From positions 58,349-122,348 of the forward strand of contig JAFLEI010000016.1 in assembly GCA_017301975.1 (NCBI GenBank): a stretch of DNA of 64,000 nucleotides, given 5' to 3'. Numbering within the stretch: position 1 is the first letter of the stretch; each line of letters opens with the position of its first letter. Source of the DNA: Verrucomicrobiota bacterium (GTDB lineage Bacteria > Verrucomicrobiota > Verrucomicrobiia > Verrucomicrobiales > Verrucomicrobiaceae). The notes under the pieces were generated by a model that had not been told where the DNA came from, did not search any database, and worked only from the letters and a program-made list of their open reading frames with translations. Positions 34,869 to 43,736 of the stretch are shown here, piece after piece. The position numbers and the translations under genes are program-made.

Positions 34869-37800
34869 TCACTGACCTGCCGGTGGCCTCCGTATAGATG
34901 CTGATGGCGGTCCGTTGATGCGCGTGTTTTCGCGAATGAGGCGAATGCGTTTGAAGAGTGGCTCCGCTTCAGTGTCGCGCTTCTGGGCTCTGAGCATGGA
35001 GCCCAGACTGGTGAGCCGGGGGATCAGGACCGGGTGATCTGCACCATGGATTTTTTCTTCGATCGCCAAGGCGCGGCGGTAGAGCTGCTCTGCTTCCTGG
35101 CTTGTGTCATCGGTATTGAGTTGAAAGGCCAGCCGTCCCACACTGAGCGCCACTTCTCGATCCATGGGGCCCAGAAGTTTCTCGCGGATGGCCAGCGACC
35201 GGCGGAGCAACGGAGTCGCCTCCCTGCCGTTTTTCGTCGGAGCCAGAGCCAGGGCAACGCGATCAAGGCAGTCGGCGGTTTTCAGACTCTCCGGCCCGTG
35301 TTCTTTTTCGCACAGCTCCAGCGAGCGCCGGTAGAGCGCCGCAGCGTCCTCATCGCGGTGGGTGCGGTGAAGCACAGCCGCGAGGGCGTCCAGGGCTGCG
35401 ATGAGATCGGCCTGCTGAGGGCCGGGATTTTCCTCCGCCAGTTTCACCACGCGCAGCAGCAGTTGCTCCGCCTGGTCGAACAGGGGCGCGGCCTTGGAGT
35501 AGAGCGCCTTGTATTGCAAAAACTCGGCGCAGTCATTGAGCAGGCTGCGTGTGACCTGCGCGTCTCCGGCCTTGTCATGGAACTGACGCTGAAACTCCAG
35601 CACCCTGGACACATGGGGAAGGGCAGGCTCCCAAACCTCCCGCGGCCGCACGCGCTGTGTGGCCGGATCTTTGGCCATAAGGGCATGCATCAGTGAGGTG
35701 GCACGGCCAAGAAACCCAGCTCCACCCTGAAAGCGCAAGACCGCCTGCAACTGCGGAGGACAACTGATGCTCATCGGCTCCTGCGTGATGAGGGCATGGC
35801 GCTCCAGTTCATCGAACGCTGCTTCCACCTGGGTGCCGGGTGATTTCTCATTTGCGGCATCCGCCACAAGCCTCGCCTGCTCGGTGAAAAAAGGCAGGGG
35901 CACAGCTTCCTCGGCGAGCCATGGCAGCAGGGCCATGAGCGCACGCGCCGTGGGTGTCAGGCGCTTCGCTGAAAGCTGCCATGTCGTGACCAAGATCTTG
36001 TCCGGGGAAGTCTCGTTCGGTGCCGTCGTTCCCTTGAGTCCGGCTGACGCCTGATCCCATCGCTTCACATACTCGGTCAATGTCAGTTTTTGCTCCGTGA
36101 TGCATGCCGCCGCCATGGCAAGCGAGAGAGAGTTTCCTTTCATCTGCTGCACCACCTTTGCCGCATCAGGCTCCGTGAACTTGGCCGCAGGGAGATGGGA
36201 CAACTGCTCTTTGAGAAACGCGACAGCCGTGCGCTCATCCCAGATCTTGCCATTCAGTTTCAGGACGGCGCGCAGGCCTTCGTCCTCAGCCTCTTTCTTT
36301 TTCAAGGTCTGCCGCAGGGCCTCGTAACTCTCGAAGGTGTCCTTGGTAAAAGGATGTCCTGCTCCCAGCGTCTTTTTGCTGATCGTGATCGCACGCAGAT
36401 ACAGCTTTTTCGCTTCCTCCGGCCGCTGTTCATTCACGAGGAAACGGGCGTAGTGACTCAAGGTGACAGCCACCTGGACATCTTCCGGACCTTTGCGCTT
36501 TTCCAGAATGGCCAGGGAGCGGAGCAGCAGCTGCTCAGGCTCCTGGTGCTCTCCTGCTTCGACCAGGTAACCTGCCAGCCCTCTGAGATCCACCGCCACC
36601 GTTTCATGCTCTTTTCCCAGATGTTTCTCATGGATCGCCAGTTCACGGCGCAGCAGAGGCACGGCCTCCTCCCAGCGGTTCATGTCACTCAGGCACTGGG
36701 CGATCATGGCCAGTGAGCCGGTGAGGATGCGGGCGTCCATGCCGTAGTTCTTTTCCGCCACATGCAGCTCTTTGCGGTAGGCTGCTTCTGCCTCAGGATA
36801 ACGGCTGAGCGATCTCAGTGCGTTGGCAAGGTTGCTCAAAGGCACGAAAAGACTCTGGTCATCAGGTCCCTTGGTCCGCTCGATGGTGGCGATGCACTTC
36901 TCCAAAACATCCAGGGATCGGATCAGCAGTTGCTTTCGCTCCTTGGAGTCTCCTGCTTCTCCCACAAAATCCGCCAGCCTGGCGAGATCGGCAGCCACGG
37001 TTTCACGATCCTCTCCCAGAAGTTTCTCATGAATCGCCAGCTCACGACGCAGCAGAGGCACGGCCTCCTTCACGCGCTTCAACGTACGCAAAGTCTGGGC
37101 GAGGCGGATCAGAGGATCGACAAGGCTGAGGTCTTCCGGGCCTTTCGTTCTCTCAATGTTTTCGACGATGCGCTGCTGCAAGGGCTCTGCCTCTTGATGC
37201 AGGTTTTGCTCGCTGAGCAGTTGCGCCAGTTGAACACGGCATGCGCAGGTGGTGGCAGCATCGGGCCCCAATGCTTTCTCCTGCACGGGCAAAGATAGGC
37301 GGTAGAGTGGCAGGGCTTCCTTCCTGCGCTGGGTTCGCTCCAGCACCTCCGCCAAAGTGTAGGCCACCTGGGCGGTGAGCGGATGCTTCGGCCCCATGAT
37401 TGCGGTGCGAATTTCCAGCGCGCGGCGGAGCACGGGCTCTGCTTCGGTATTGCGCGCTTGGGAGAGCAGCAGACCCGCGATGATCGCGTGGCAGGTGGCA
37501 AGGTCGCCATGCTCGGCGCCGACGGCCTCCTCGTGAATCTGAAGCGCCTGCTGGTAGAGCAGTATGTTGCCACGACCTGTCAGAATGATTTCCCGCAGGT
37601 CTTGCGCTTTGTTGAGCTTGGAACTGACCGCAAGATGCCTGAGTCCTGAGAGACTTTCATGAAGCTTCAGCAGTTCGACGTACTCGACAAACGCGGAGTG
37701 AGATTGGTGCATGCTCAACAGCAGCTCCGCTTTGCTTCCCAGAAAGGTGGCCGCTTCCAGGGAGGCTGCTCCAGCCGGGCGCTGTTCAAGGCATGTCAGC

Positions 37801-38138
37801 AGCCGCTCATAGAGCTCCAGCGCCTCTTTCTCCCGGCCTGTTTGCCGCAGCAGGTCGGCGAGATTGTTCAGACTCGATTCAAGCTCGGCAGAAGTCACGC
37901 CTCCGGCTTTCTCCCGAATCGCCAGCGCTAGCCGGTAGAGCGCCTCGGCCTCCTGAAAGCTGTCTGCCGCTTCGAGGTGGCTCGCCAGTTCGCTGAGGCG
38001 TGCCGCCACCTCGGGTGCGGCCTTTCCATGTTCCTGCTCAGCCTTCGCCAATGCCTCACGCAGCCGCGACATGCCGGCTGATTCCGCCGCATGCGCAGCG
38101 CAGAGTGCACTGAGGAGAAAAAAGACGATGAATCTCAC
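34869..38138 (-). CDS. Signal-peptide TPR protein (1,089 aa) with an internal P-loop-less NB-ARC-like (ARC/winged-helix) remnant
   Basis: MRFIVFFLLSALCAAHAAES is the signal. It is followed by about 600 aa of TPR_12-like repeats, including an internal duplication (AVPLLRRELAIHEKLLGEDRETVAADLARLADFVGEAG / AVPLLRRELAIHEKHLGKEHETVAVDLRGLAGYLVEAG). Next comes LKLNGKIWDERTAVAFLKEQL...GNSLSLAMAAACI...LTEYVKRW...ILVTTWQLSAKRL...LMALLPWLAEEAVPLPFF...AFDELERHALI, which is like the GLPL and winged-helix parts of NB-ARC. About 250 aa of TPR follow. No Walker A seen. Confidence 0.75.
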   Translation of the reverse strand: MRFIVFFLLSALCAAHAAESAGMSRLREALAKAEQEHGKAAPEVAARLSELASHLEAADSFQEAEALYRLALAIREKAGGVTSAELESSLNNLADLLRQTGREKEALELYERLLTCLEQRPAGAASLEAATFLGSKAELLLSMHQSHSAFVEYVELLKLHESLSGLRHLAVSSKLNKAQDLREIILTGRGNILLYQQALQIHEEAVGAEHGDLATCHAIIAGLLLSQARNTEAEPVLRRALEIRTAIMGPKHPLTAQVAYTLAEVLERTQRRKEALPLYRLSLPVQEKALGPDAATTCACRVQLAQLLSEQNLHQEAEPLQQRIVENIERTKGPEDLSLVDPLIRLAQTLRTLKRVKEAVPLLRRELAIHEKLLGEDRETVAADLARLADFVGEAGDSKERKQLLIRSLDVLEKCIATIERTKGPDDQSLFVPLSNLANALRSLSRYPEAEAAYRKELHVAEKNYGMDARILTGSLAMIAQCLSDMNRWEEAVPLLRRELAIHEKHLGKEHETVAVDLRGLAGYLVEAGEHQEPEQLLLRSLAILEKRKGPEDVQVAVTLSHYARFLVNEQRPEEAKKLYLRAITISKKTLGAGHPFTKDTFESYEALRQTLKKKEAEDEGLRAVLKLNGKIWDERTAVAFLKEQLSHLPAAKFTEPDAAKVVQQMKGNSLSLAMAAACITEQKLTLTEYVKRWDQASAGLKGTTAPNETSPDKILVTTWQLSAKRLTPTARALMALLPWLAEEAVPLPFFTEQARLVADAANEKSPGTQVEAAFDELERHALITQEPMSISCPPQLQAVLRFQGGAGFLGRATSLMHALMAKDPATQRVRPREVWEPALPHVSRVLEFQRQFHDKAGDAQVTRSLLNDCAEFLQYKALYSKAAPLFDQAEQLLLRVVKLAEENPGPQQADLIAALDALAAVLHRTHRDEDAAALYRRSLELCEKEHGPESLKTADCLDRVALALAPTKNGREATPLLRRSLAIREKLLGPMDREVALSVGRLAFQLNTDDTSQEAEQLYRRALAIEEKIHGADHPVLIPRLTSLGSMLRAQKRDTEAEPLFKRIRLIRENTRINGPPSASIRRPPAGQ

Positions 38139-38217
38139 CCCGGCATTCCGTCAGAAATCGGATGCCGTGGAAAGTAAAAAATGGCGAGCTCATGAAACGA
38201 GCTCGGCATCTCAGTCC

Positions 38218-38332
38218 TCAAGGCTCCTTCAAAGCCGGTGGCCGATGACTCTGGATCTGCGCCTTAAAGTCTCCGAGGCTGTTCCAATGCGTGGGCGCAT
38301 TGAGGTCGACCTCAGCGATGGCCAGCGTGCCA
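38218..38332 (-). pseudogene. Ghost copy of the 3' end of the carbon-nitrogen hydrolase gene
   Basis: 38251-38332 matches 39397-39478 at 78 of 82 positions. The minus-strand translation GTLAIAEVDLNAPTHWNSLGDFKAQIQSHRPPALKE(P)* equals the last 38 aa of the intact gene. All 11 nucleotide differences I counted are synonymous. Confidence 0.8.
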
Positions 38333-38391
38333 CCTTCATCAAGATGCCGCAGAGGGCCAGCCCTTCCATCTGGATCATTCCAGCGCCGTGA
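38327..38391 (+). pseudogene. Ghost copy of the 3' end of the giant gene, abutting the hydrolase ghost
   Basis: 38327-38391 matches 34771-34835 at 50 of 65 positions, in the same frame and with the same TGA. RATFIKMPQRASPSIWIIPAP* compares with RATFIKMPPAGSPVVWIIPPP*. Confidence 0.65.
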
Positions 38392-38475
38392 GTATCTGAA
38401 TCCAGCTTTCGGGCCTGCGGTGGGCAGAGTTTTATCTTGCGACATGACGCATGATTTTTTAGTCTGCGTGAGGTC

Positions 38476-39333
38476 ATGCAGCTCACGCTCCATCGTACGC
38501 TATTGATTCACACCCTGCTCTTGGTTGGCATCGGTGGATATCTGGTGTCGCATCGTCGAGTTCCAGACAAGACGGTTCCTGTCAAACACGTGCGCATGCC
38601 CACCCAGGCGGAGCTTCTGGAGATCGAGCGTTTGGGAGCAGAACTGAGAGGACAAAGCGCCGAGCACTTGGGAGGCCTTAGCAGAGATCCTGAGGATTTG
38701 GATCGGCGCTACCGTCATTTGATCGATCTTCAGTTGGGCTATATGCTGCCGGAACATCCAGAGGTCGTAAACAACCGCAAAGATCTTGCTCGTGTATTGA
38801 AGCGCAAAGGTGCGTATGCGGAAGCGGCGGAGCAGTATCGTATTTTGTTGAAAGTCTATCAGCGTGTCATGGGGACGGATGATCCAGATACATTGAGCTG
38901 TCAGAAAGATTTGAAGGAGGCGATGTGGCATGTGACCCAGGCTGAGGAGGCTGAGCAGAGACTTCGTGAAGAGTACAAGCGGCAGTCGGTTGCCCGAGGA
39001 AAAGAGGATGGCCGGGTATTGATGATTCAGGCGAAGATTGCGGATCAACTGATGAATCAATCGAAGTGCTCTGAGGCTGAGGGGGAATTGCGTGCTATGG
39101 TGAATATTCTGCTCAAGAAGCAGGAAAACACTTTTCCGCCAGTTCTCTTGTACATGGTCAAATTGATCATGTGTCTCGAAGTCCAGGGCAAACGGAAAGA
39201 GGCTTTGGAATTTGTCCAGGAGATGGAGTGGCTGCAGGCCGATACTCCTGGGCTAGAGCTTTTACGGACGGACGGTGCGACCAGGCTGCGTGCAGAAATC
39301 AATTCCGGACGGCTCAAGCCCCGCATGAAGTAA
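38476..39333 (+). CDS. Membrane-anchored TPR-like protein
   Basis: 285 aa. N-terminal TM LLIHTLLLVGIGGYLV, then TPR-like helical repeats (KDLARVLKRKGAYAEAAEQYRILLKVYQRVMGTDDPDTLSCQKDL). GC is visibly lower than the surroundings. Confidence 0.6.
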   Translation: MQLTLHRTLLIHTLLLVGIGGYLVSHRRVPDKTVPVKHVRMPTQAELLEIERLGAELRGQSAEHLGGLSRDPEDLDRRYRHLIDLQLGYMLPEHPEVVNNRKDLARVLKRKGAYAEAAEQYRILLKVYQRVMGTDDPDTLSCQKDLKEAMWHVTQAEEAEQRLREEYKRQSVARGKEDGRVLMIQAKIADQLMNQSKCSEAEGELRAMVNILLKKQENTFPPVLLYMVKLIMCLEVQGKRKEALEFVQEMEWLQADTPGLELLRTDGATRLRAEINSGRLKPRMK

Positions 39334-39366
39334 GTGGGTATGCTGAAGCGAAGTGCGGACTTCGCC

Positions 39367-40695
39367 TCACTCCTTCAGCGCAGGAGGCCGGTGGCTCTGG
39401 ATTTGCGCCTTAAAGTCTCCGAGGCTGTTCCAATGCGTGGGCGCATTGAGATCGACTTCCGCGATGGCCAGCGTGCCAAACACATCCGCCTTTGCCAGCA
39501 CATCGCCATAGTGATCAAAGATGCCTGAGATCATCCACTGGTTCTTGGTGGCGTCCGTGTAGGTGCTGCTGACGATGTAGACGTGATTTTCGCAAGCGCG
39601 TGCAGCGGCGAGCATGGGATTGCAGCCCCACACCGGCCAGGCGATGACTTCGGCTCCCTTGATCGTGAGCGCGCGGGCGACTTCAGGGAAGAAGCCGTCG
39701 TAGCAGACCATCATGCCCACTTTGCCAAAGCGCGTGTCGAAAACCGGGTAGTCATGGCCGGGCGTGATGCCAGACTCGATCTCGCCACGCGGCAGGGTCA
39801 CCTTCCGATACTTGCCCACCAGCGTGCCATCCGGGCCCAGCAGCGCAGAGGTATTGTACAGCGTCTTGCCCTCACGCTCCACGAGGCCGGCGACGATGTA
39901 GAGATTGTGCTCCTTCGCCAGCTTGCCGAAGTACTCCGTGCTGGGCCCGGGCACCGTCTCGGCACAATCGGCCATCGTCTTGCCTGTGCCGTAGTAGGTG
40001 AGCGTCTCGCCGAGCACCACAAGATCAGCCTTCTGCCTGGCGGCCTCGGCAATGAGCGGCGCATACTGCGGCGGCTTGTCAGCAGGGTTCTTACCGTCTT
40101 TGGGCTGAAGGTGAATCGTGGCCAGTTTGACCTTGCGTGGCGCAGGGGCTGGCACGGCGGCGAGTGAGACATCACTCCACTCCACCCGAGCATTCGCCGC
40201 CCATTGCAGGTAGAGCTCGATCTTCGCCTGCCTGGCCTTTACCGGCGCACGCAGGGTGCTTCCGCAATGAATCCACTGGTTCGCTTCGCCCTCAGGCACA
40301 TGCGGGTACTCAGGCTCGGCGCGTGGGATGCTGCCCTTCGCGTAGCCTTGCTTCGCAGGTTCCTCCCAGCTCACGGGCTTGCCGTTCTCATCCTGCCACA
40401 AAATGCGGGCATACACGCTGCGACGCGCCGTGGGCATGGCGCTGGCTTTTTTCCATCCGCTGAACTGGTAGTGCTGACCGCCTTCCACCGGCAGCGTGCG
40501 CGTCCAGCAGCCGATCCATTGCTCACCCTCGCCCGTCTCCAAAATGAGCGCGCCTTTGCCCGCATGGCCGCCGTCCTGGCTTTGCACTGCGGAGGGCTTT
40601 GCTTCATCGCGTGGAGACCAAAGCGACCAGCCTTCGGAGACAGCCGCATGGGAAGCGGCGGCGAGGAGACAGAGGACAAGAGTCTGAAGTTTCAT
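39367..40695 (-). CDS. Secreted carbon-nitrogen hydrolase (nitrilase superfamily) with N-terminal beta-sandwich-like domain
   Basis: ATG 40695 gives the signal MKLQTLVLCLLAAASHAAV. CN-hydrolase triad context: DLVVLGETL (Glu), GKYRKVTLP (Lys), MMVCYDGFFPE (Cys). Confidence 0.85.
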   Translation of the reverse strand: MKLQTLVLCLLAAASHAAVSEGWSLWSPRDEAKPSAVQSQDGGHAGKGALILETGEGEQWIGCWTRTLPVEGGQHYQFSGWKKASAMPTARRSVYARILWQDENGKPVSWEEPAKQGYAKGSIPRAEPEYPHVPEGEANQWIHCGSTLRAPVKARQAKIELYLQWAANARVEWSDVSLAAVPAPAPRKVKLATIHLQPKDGKNPADKPPQYAPLIAEAARQKADLVVLGETLTYYGTGKTMADCAETVPGPSTEYFGKLAKEHNLYIVAGLVEREGKTLYNTSALLGPDGTLVGKYRKVTLPRGEIESGITPGHDYPVFDTRFGKVGMMVCYDGFFPEVARALTIKGAEVIAWPVWGCNPMLAAARACENHVYIVSSTYTDATKNQWMISGIFDHYGDVLAKADVFGTLAIAEVDLNAPTHWNSLGDFKAQIQSHRPPALKE

Positions 40696-40778
40696 GCGGG
40701 AGGGTACGGTGGCTGGTGCCACAGTCTTGTGCAGCACCAGCACGCTCCCTCTGAATATTTGACCCGGCTTCGAGCCAG

Positions 40779-43532
40779 TCACTTCTCATCCAGCCCGCGC
40801 CGGATGCGGTACTTGATCGCAAGCTGATGCGCCGGGGAATTGGCAAACGTCAGGCCTTTGATGCGTTCGAGCTGCAGCAGGGCCTCGCTCTGCACGGCGG
40901 GGTAGTAGCTGTTGCTGTGGGAGACGTACAGCAGGCGGGTGATGTAATCGAGCTGCAGGTTCTGGCGCATGATGCTCACGGGCTTGGTGGGATCATCGCC
41001 GGTGCAGATGGCGGTGGTGAGGGTGTCCATGACTTCATTCAGGCTCACCTCATTGCCATAGAGGGCTGTGTCCTCGATGCGCTTCAACGTATGGGAATGC
41101 ATGAGCTGGTCGAGCAGGGCATGGTGGACCTGAAAGAGGCGATCGTGGAGCTTGGGGTCTTCGCCTTCGTCACGATGGTCAAAGCCACGGCGCTGAAGCT
41201 GGAGGTGCGCGTAGAGTTCCGGCGGTCCGGCGAGGGCATCCGGGGCAAAGGCATACTTGGCCAGCGCGGCGAGGGCCTGGCGCTGCTTGGCAGCCTCCAC
41301 GGGTCTGAACGGCACCACGCCTGGGGCCTGGCCCTGCACGGCGCGTTCGACATACACTCCGCCAACGTAGCGTGAAATCGCGTTCAGCGAGCCGCTGGCC
41401 TCCTTGGTCAAAGAGGCGAAGGCCTGCGCGACCTCCTGCCAGCTCCTGCCAGGATCGGACACATCCTTGAAGATGTTGGCGATCTCTCCTCGCACGATTT
41501 CACAACGCTGCTCGCCGTACTGGATGGCATCGCTGCTCATGTCATAGAGCATGGCGCGGGGATCAATAGCCTTGCCGGGATAGCGCATGTCATCGGCGTC
41601 GTTGGCAAAGGCGAGCTCAGGCTTGTGCGAAAGCGCAGCGATGGCTTCCAGGCGCTTCGTTTCTTCAACCGGGTCTTCCAGCGCTTCGCTGTAGCCATAT
41701 TTGATCACCCAGTGGTCATACGGGCCCGGCTTGGTGGTGAAGTACTGGCCCTGCTTCACGCCCTTGGGCGCGATGTTGACGGGCGGATAGTCCATCACAG
41801 AACCGGTCAGTCCGGTCTTCTCCGTGAGCTCGGCATTGTGGATGTCCTTGAGGCTGTGAAGCTGGCTGCCACGGAAGTTGTGGTTCAAGCCGAGCGTGTG
41901 GCCGACTTCATGCAGGCAGAGGTAGTAGAGGGACTCCTTGATGAGGCGGTCCACTTCCACGCGGTCGCTCTTCTGCAGGCGCAGCATGGTCTGGCCAAAC
42001 ATGAGACCGTTGCGGGCGGAGCCGCAGGCATCGCAAGCGTGCGGGTTGAAGGCCTTGGCCGTGTCCGCCGTTTCAGCCGCCCCCGTGCCGAGATCGGCAA
42101 AGAGCTTCTTGGTGAGGAGGCGCTTGGTGATGAAGCTGTACTCCAGCATGATGTCCGCGCCGAGGATCTCGCCGGTGCGTGGATTGGCAAAGCTGGGGCC
42201 GTAGCCGCCGAAAGGCGGATTCACGCTGCTGGTCCAGCGCAGCACGTTGTGCTCGATGTCACCGGCGTCCCACTTGGCATCCTCGGGCTGCTGCTTGACG
42301 ACGACGGCGTCTTTGAACCCGGCCGTCTCGAAGGCTTCATTCCACTTGAGGACGGCGCTGCGGATGGTGTCGCGGAATTCAATGGGGGTGGTGTTTTCGA
42401 TCCAGAAGACGATCGGTGTCACAGGCTCGCTGAGGGCGGTGCCGGGTTTCTGCTTCACCAGGCGCCAGCGGTGGATGACATCGCGGTAGGGGGCGACATC
42501 GGTGCTGGTCATGTCGGTGATCTGATGGGTGAAATAGCCAATGCGCGGGTCGTCAGCGCGCGGCTTGTAATCACTCTCTGGCATGGCGATGAGGGTATGC
42601 TGCACCTGGACGGTGATGTAGCGGGGGTTGGCCACATCGGCCTCCGTTTGCCAGGTCGGCGAGGGGTTTTCAAAGACATACTCGGCCGTGATGGCGGTGT
42701 TCTTCGGGTAGCCCATCACGCGCAGGACTTTGGACTTCGGTTCAGAGAGGCGGCCGAGCACGGCCTTGTCGCCGCCCAGATTGCTGAATTTCACTGGCGT
42801 CAGGTTTTCCCGCAGAAACAGGTTGGTGCAGGAGATGAGATAGGCGTCGGGATCCTCCGCCACGATGATCTCGCTGTTGAGAATGGCGCTGCTGGTGTTG
42901 GCCGTGTGGGCTTTCGACAGGGCGTTTTGCGGGTCGAAGTAGAGCTTGGTGTTTTGCTCGATCAGTTCGATGCGGTCGAACATCTTGCGGATCGTGAAGA
43001 CGAGCGAGTCGCCGTATCGGCCGCGGTTGTGACCGGAGGCCACCGGGCCGTCCACACTGTGGTTGAAATAGATGAATTCAGGTCCGCACTGGTTCTTGGC
43101 AACGACCAGCCAGGGGTTGCCACGTTCAACATCCAGATAGACGCGGAACAGACCGTCGATGCGTTTGAAGCCCTTGGTGAACTCGTCGATGGACTTGCGC
43201 TTGGGCTTGTTGTCGTCGCTGCTCTTGGTCAGGGAGGTGGTCCGGGCAGGCTGCGTCGGCGGCGGACTGGAGGGCGCGGGTGGTGTGGGGGCAGGCGCGG
43301 GTTTGACGGGCTCAGGCTTTGTGGGCTCTGGCTTGGGTTCAGGCTGCGGCTCAGGTTTTGGCTGTGGCTTTGGCTCGGGTTTTGCTGGATCAGGCTTGGC
43401 AGGGTTCGGCTCGGGCAGCGGTCTGACAGGAGCCGGCTGAGGCTCTGGTTTAGAGGGCGCTGCCGGTGCTGCGGGCGCGGGAGCCAGGGGCAGGAGCAAG
43501 GCTGAGCAGACTATCAGGATGCGGCGCGACAT
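40779..43532 (-). CDS. Secreted zinc metalloprotease (DUF4953/DUF5117-type) with Pro/Lys/Glu-rich N-terminal linker
   Basis: 917 aa. Signal peptide, then a (K)PEP-rich low-complexity stretch (PKPQPKPEPQPEPKPEPTKPEP). Zincin motif LCLHEVGHTLGLNHNF. Confidence 0.85.
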   Translation of the reverse strand: MSRRILIVCSALLLPLAPAPAAPAAPSKPEPQPAPVRPLPEPNPAKPDPAKPEPKPQPKPEPQPEPKPEPTKPEPVKPAPAPTPPAPSSPPPTQPARTTSLTKSSDDNKPKRKSIDEFTKGFKRIDGLFRVYLDVERGNPWLVVAKNQCGPEFIYFNHSVDGPVASGHNRGRYGDSLVFTIRKMFDRIELIEQNTKLYFDPQNALSKAHTANTSSAILNSEIIVAEDPDAYLISCTNLFLRENLTPVKFSNLGGDKAVLGRLSEPKSKVLRVMGYPKNTAITAEYVFENPSPTWQTEADVANPRYITVQVQHTLIAMPESDYKPRADDPRIGYFTHQITDMTSTDVAPYRDVIHRWRLVKQKPGTALSEPVTPIVFWIENTTPIEFRDTIRSAVLKWNEAFETAGFKDAVVVKQQPEDAKWDAGDIEHNVLRWTSSVNPPFGGYGPSFANPRTGEILGADIMLEYSFITKRLLTKKLFADLGTGAAETADTAKAFNPHACDACGSARNGLMFGQTMLRLQKSDRVEVDRLIKESLYYLCLHEVGHTLGLNHNFRGSQLHSLKDIHNAELTEKTGLTGSVMDYPPVNIAPKGVKQGQYFTTKPGPYDHWVIKYGYSEALEDPVEETKRLEAIAALSHKPELAFANDADDMRYPGKAIDPRAMLYDMSSDAIQYGEQRCEIVRGEIANIFKDVSDPGRSWQEVAQAFASLTKEASGSLNAISRYVGGVYVERAVQGQAPGVVPFRPVEAAKQRQALAALAKYAFAPDALAGPPELYAHLQLQRRGFDHRDEGEDPKLHDRLFQVHHALLDQLMHSHTLKRIEDTALYGNEVSLNEVMDTLTTAICTGDDPTKPVSIMRQNLQLDYITRLLYVSHSNSYYPAVQSEALLQLERIKGLTFANSPAHQLAIKYRIRRGLDEK

Positions 43533-43736
43533 GATCAGGGTGAAGACTGGTGAAAGGGTCAGGGCGATGATACCTGATAGAACGTGCGACCGGAGAGATC
43601 ATTGTATTTAAATTTTGGGCTTTTTGGCGGACGGGCGTGGGATCGGTGTCGCGGTAGCCGCCATGTTGTTTTCACATTTAATGGTAAGAATCCGGAAAGC
43701 CCCTCGTTTTCGCGGCTGGTAGCCCCCCTTTCCCCT

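Noticed and set aside
38071-38391. The 106-aa plus-strand ORF spanning the ghost junction, considered as a real gene.
   Set aside because: Most of it is the antisense translation of a hydrolase gene fragment fused to 21 codons copied from the giant gene. It has no independent coding signal.
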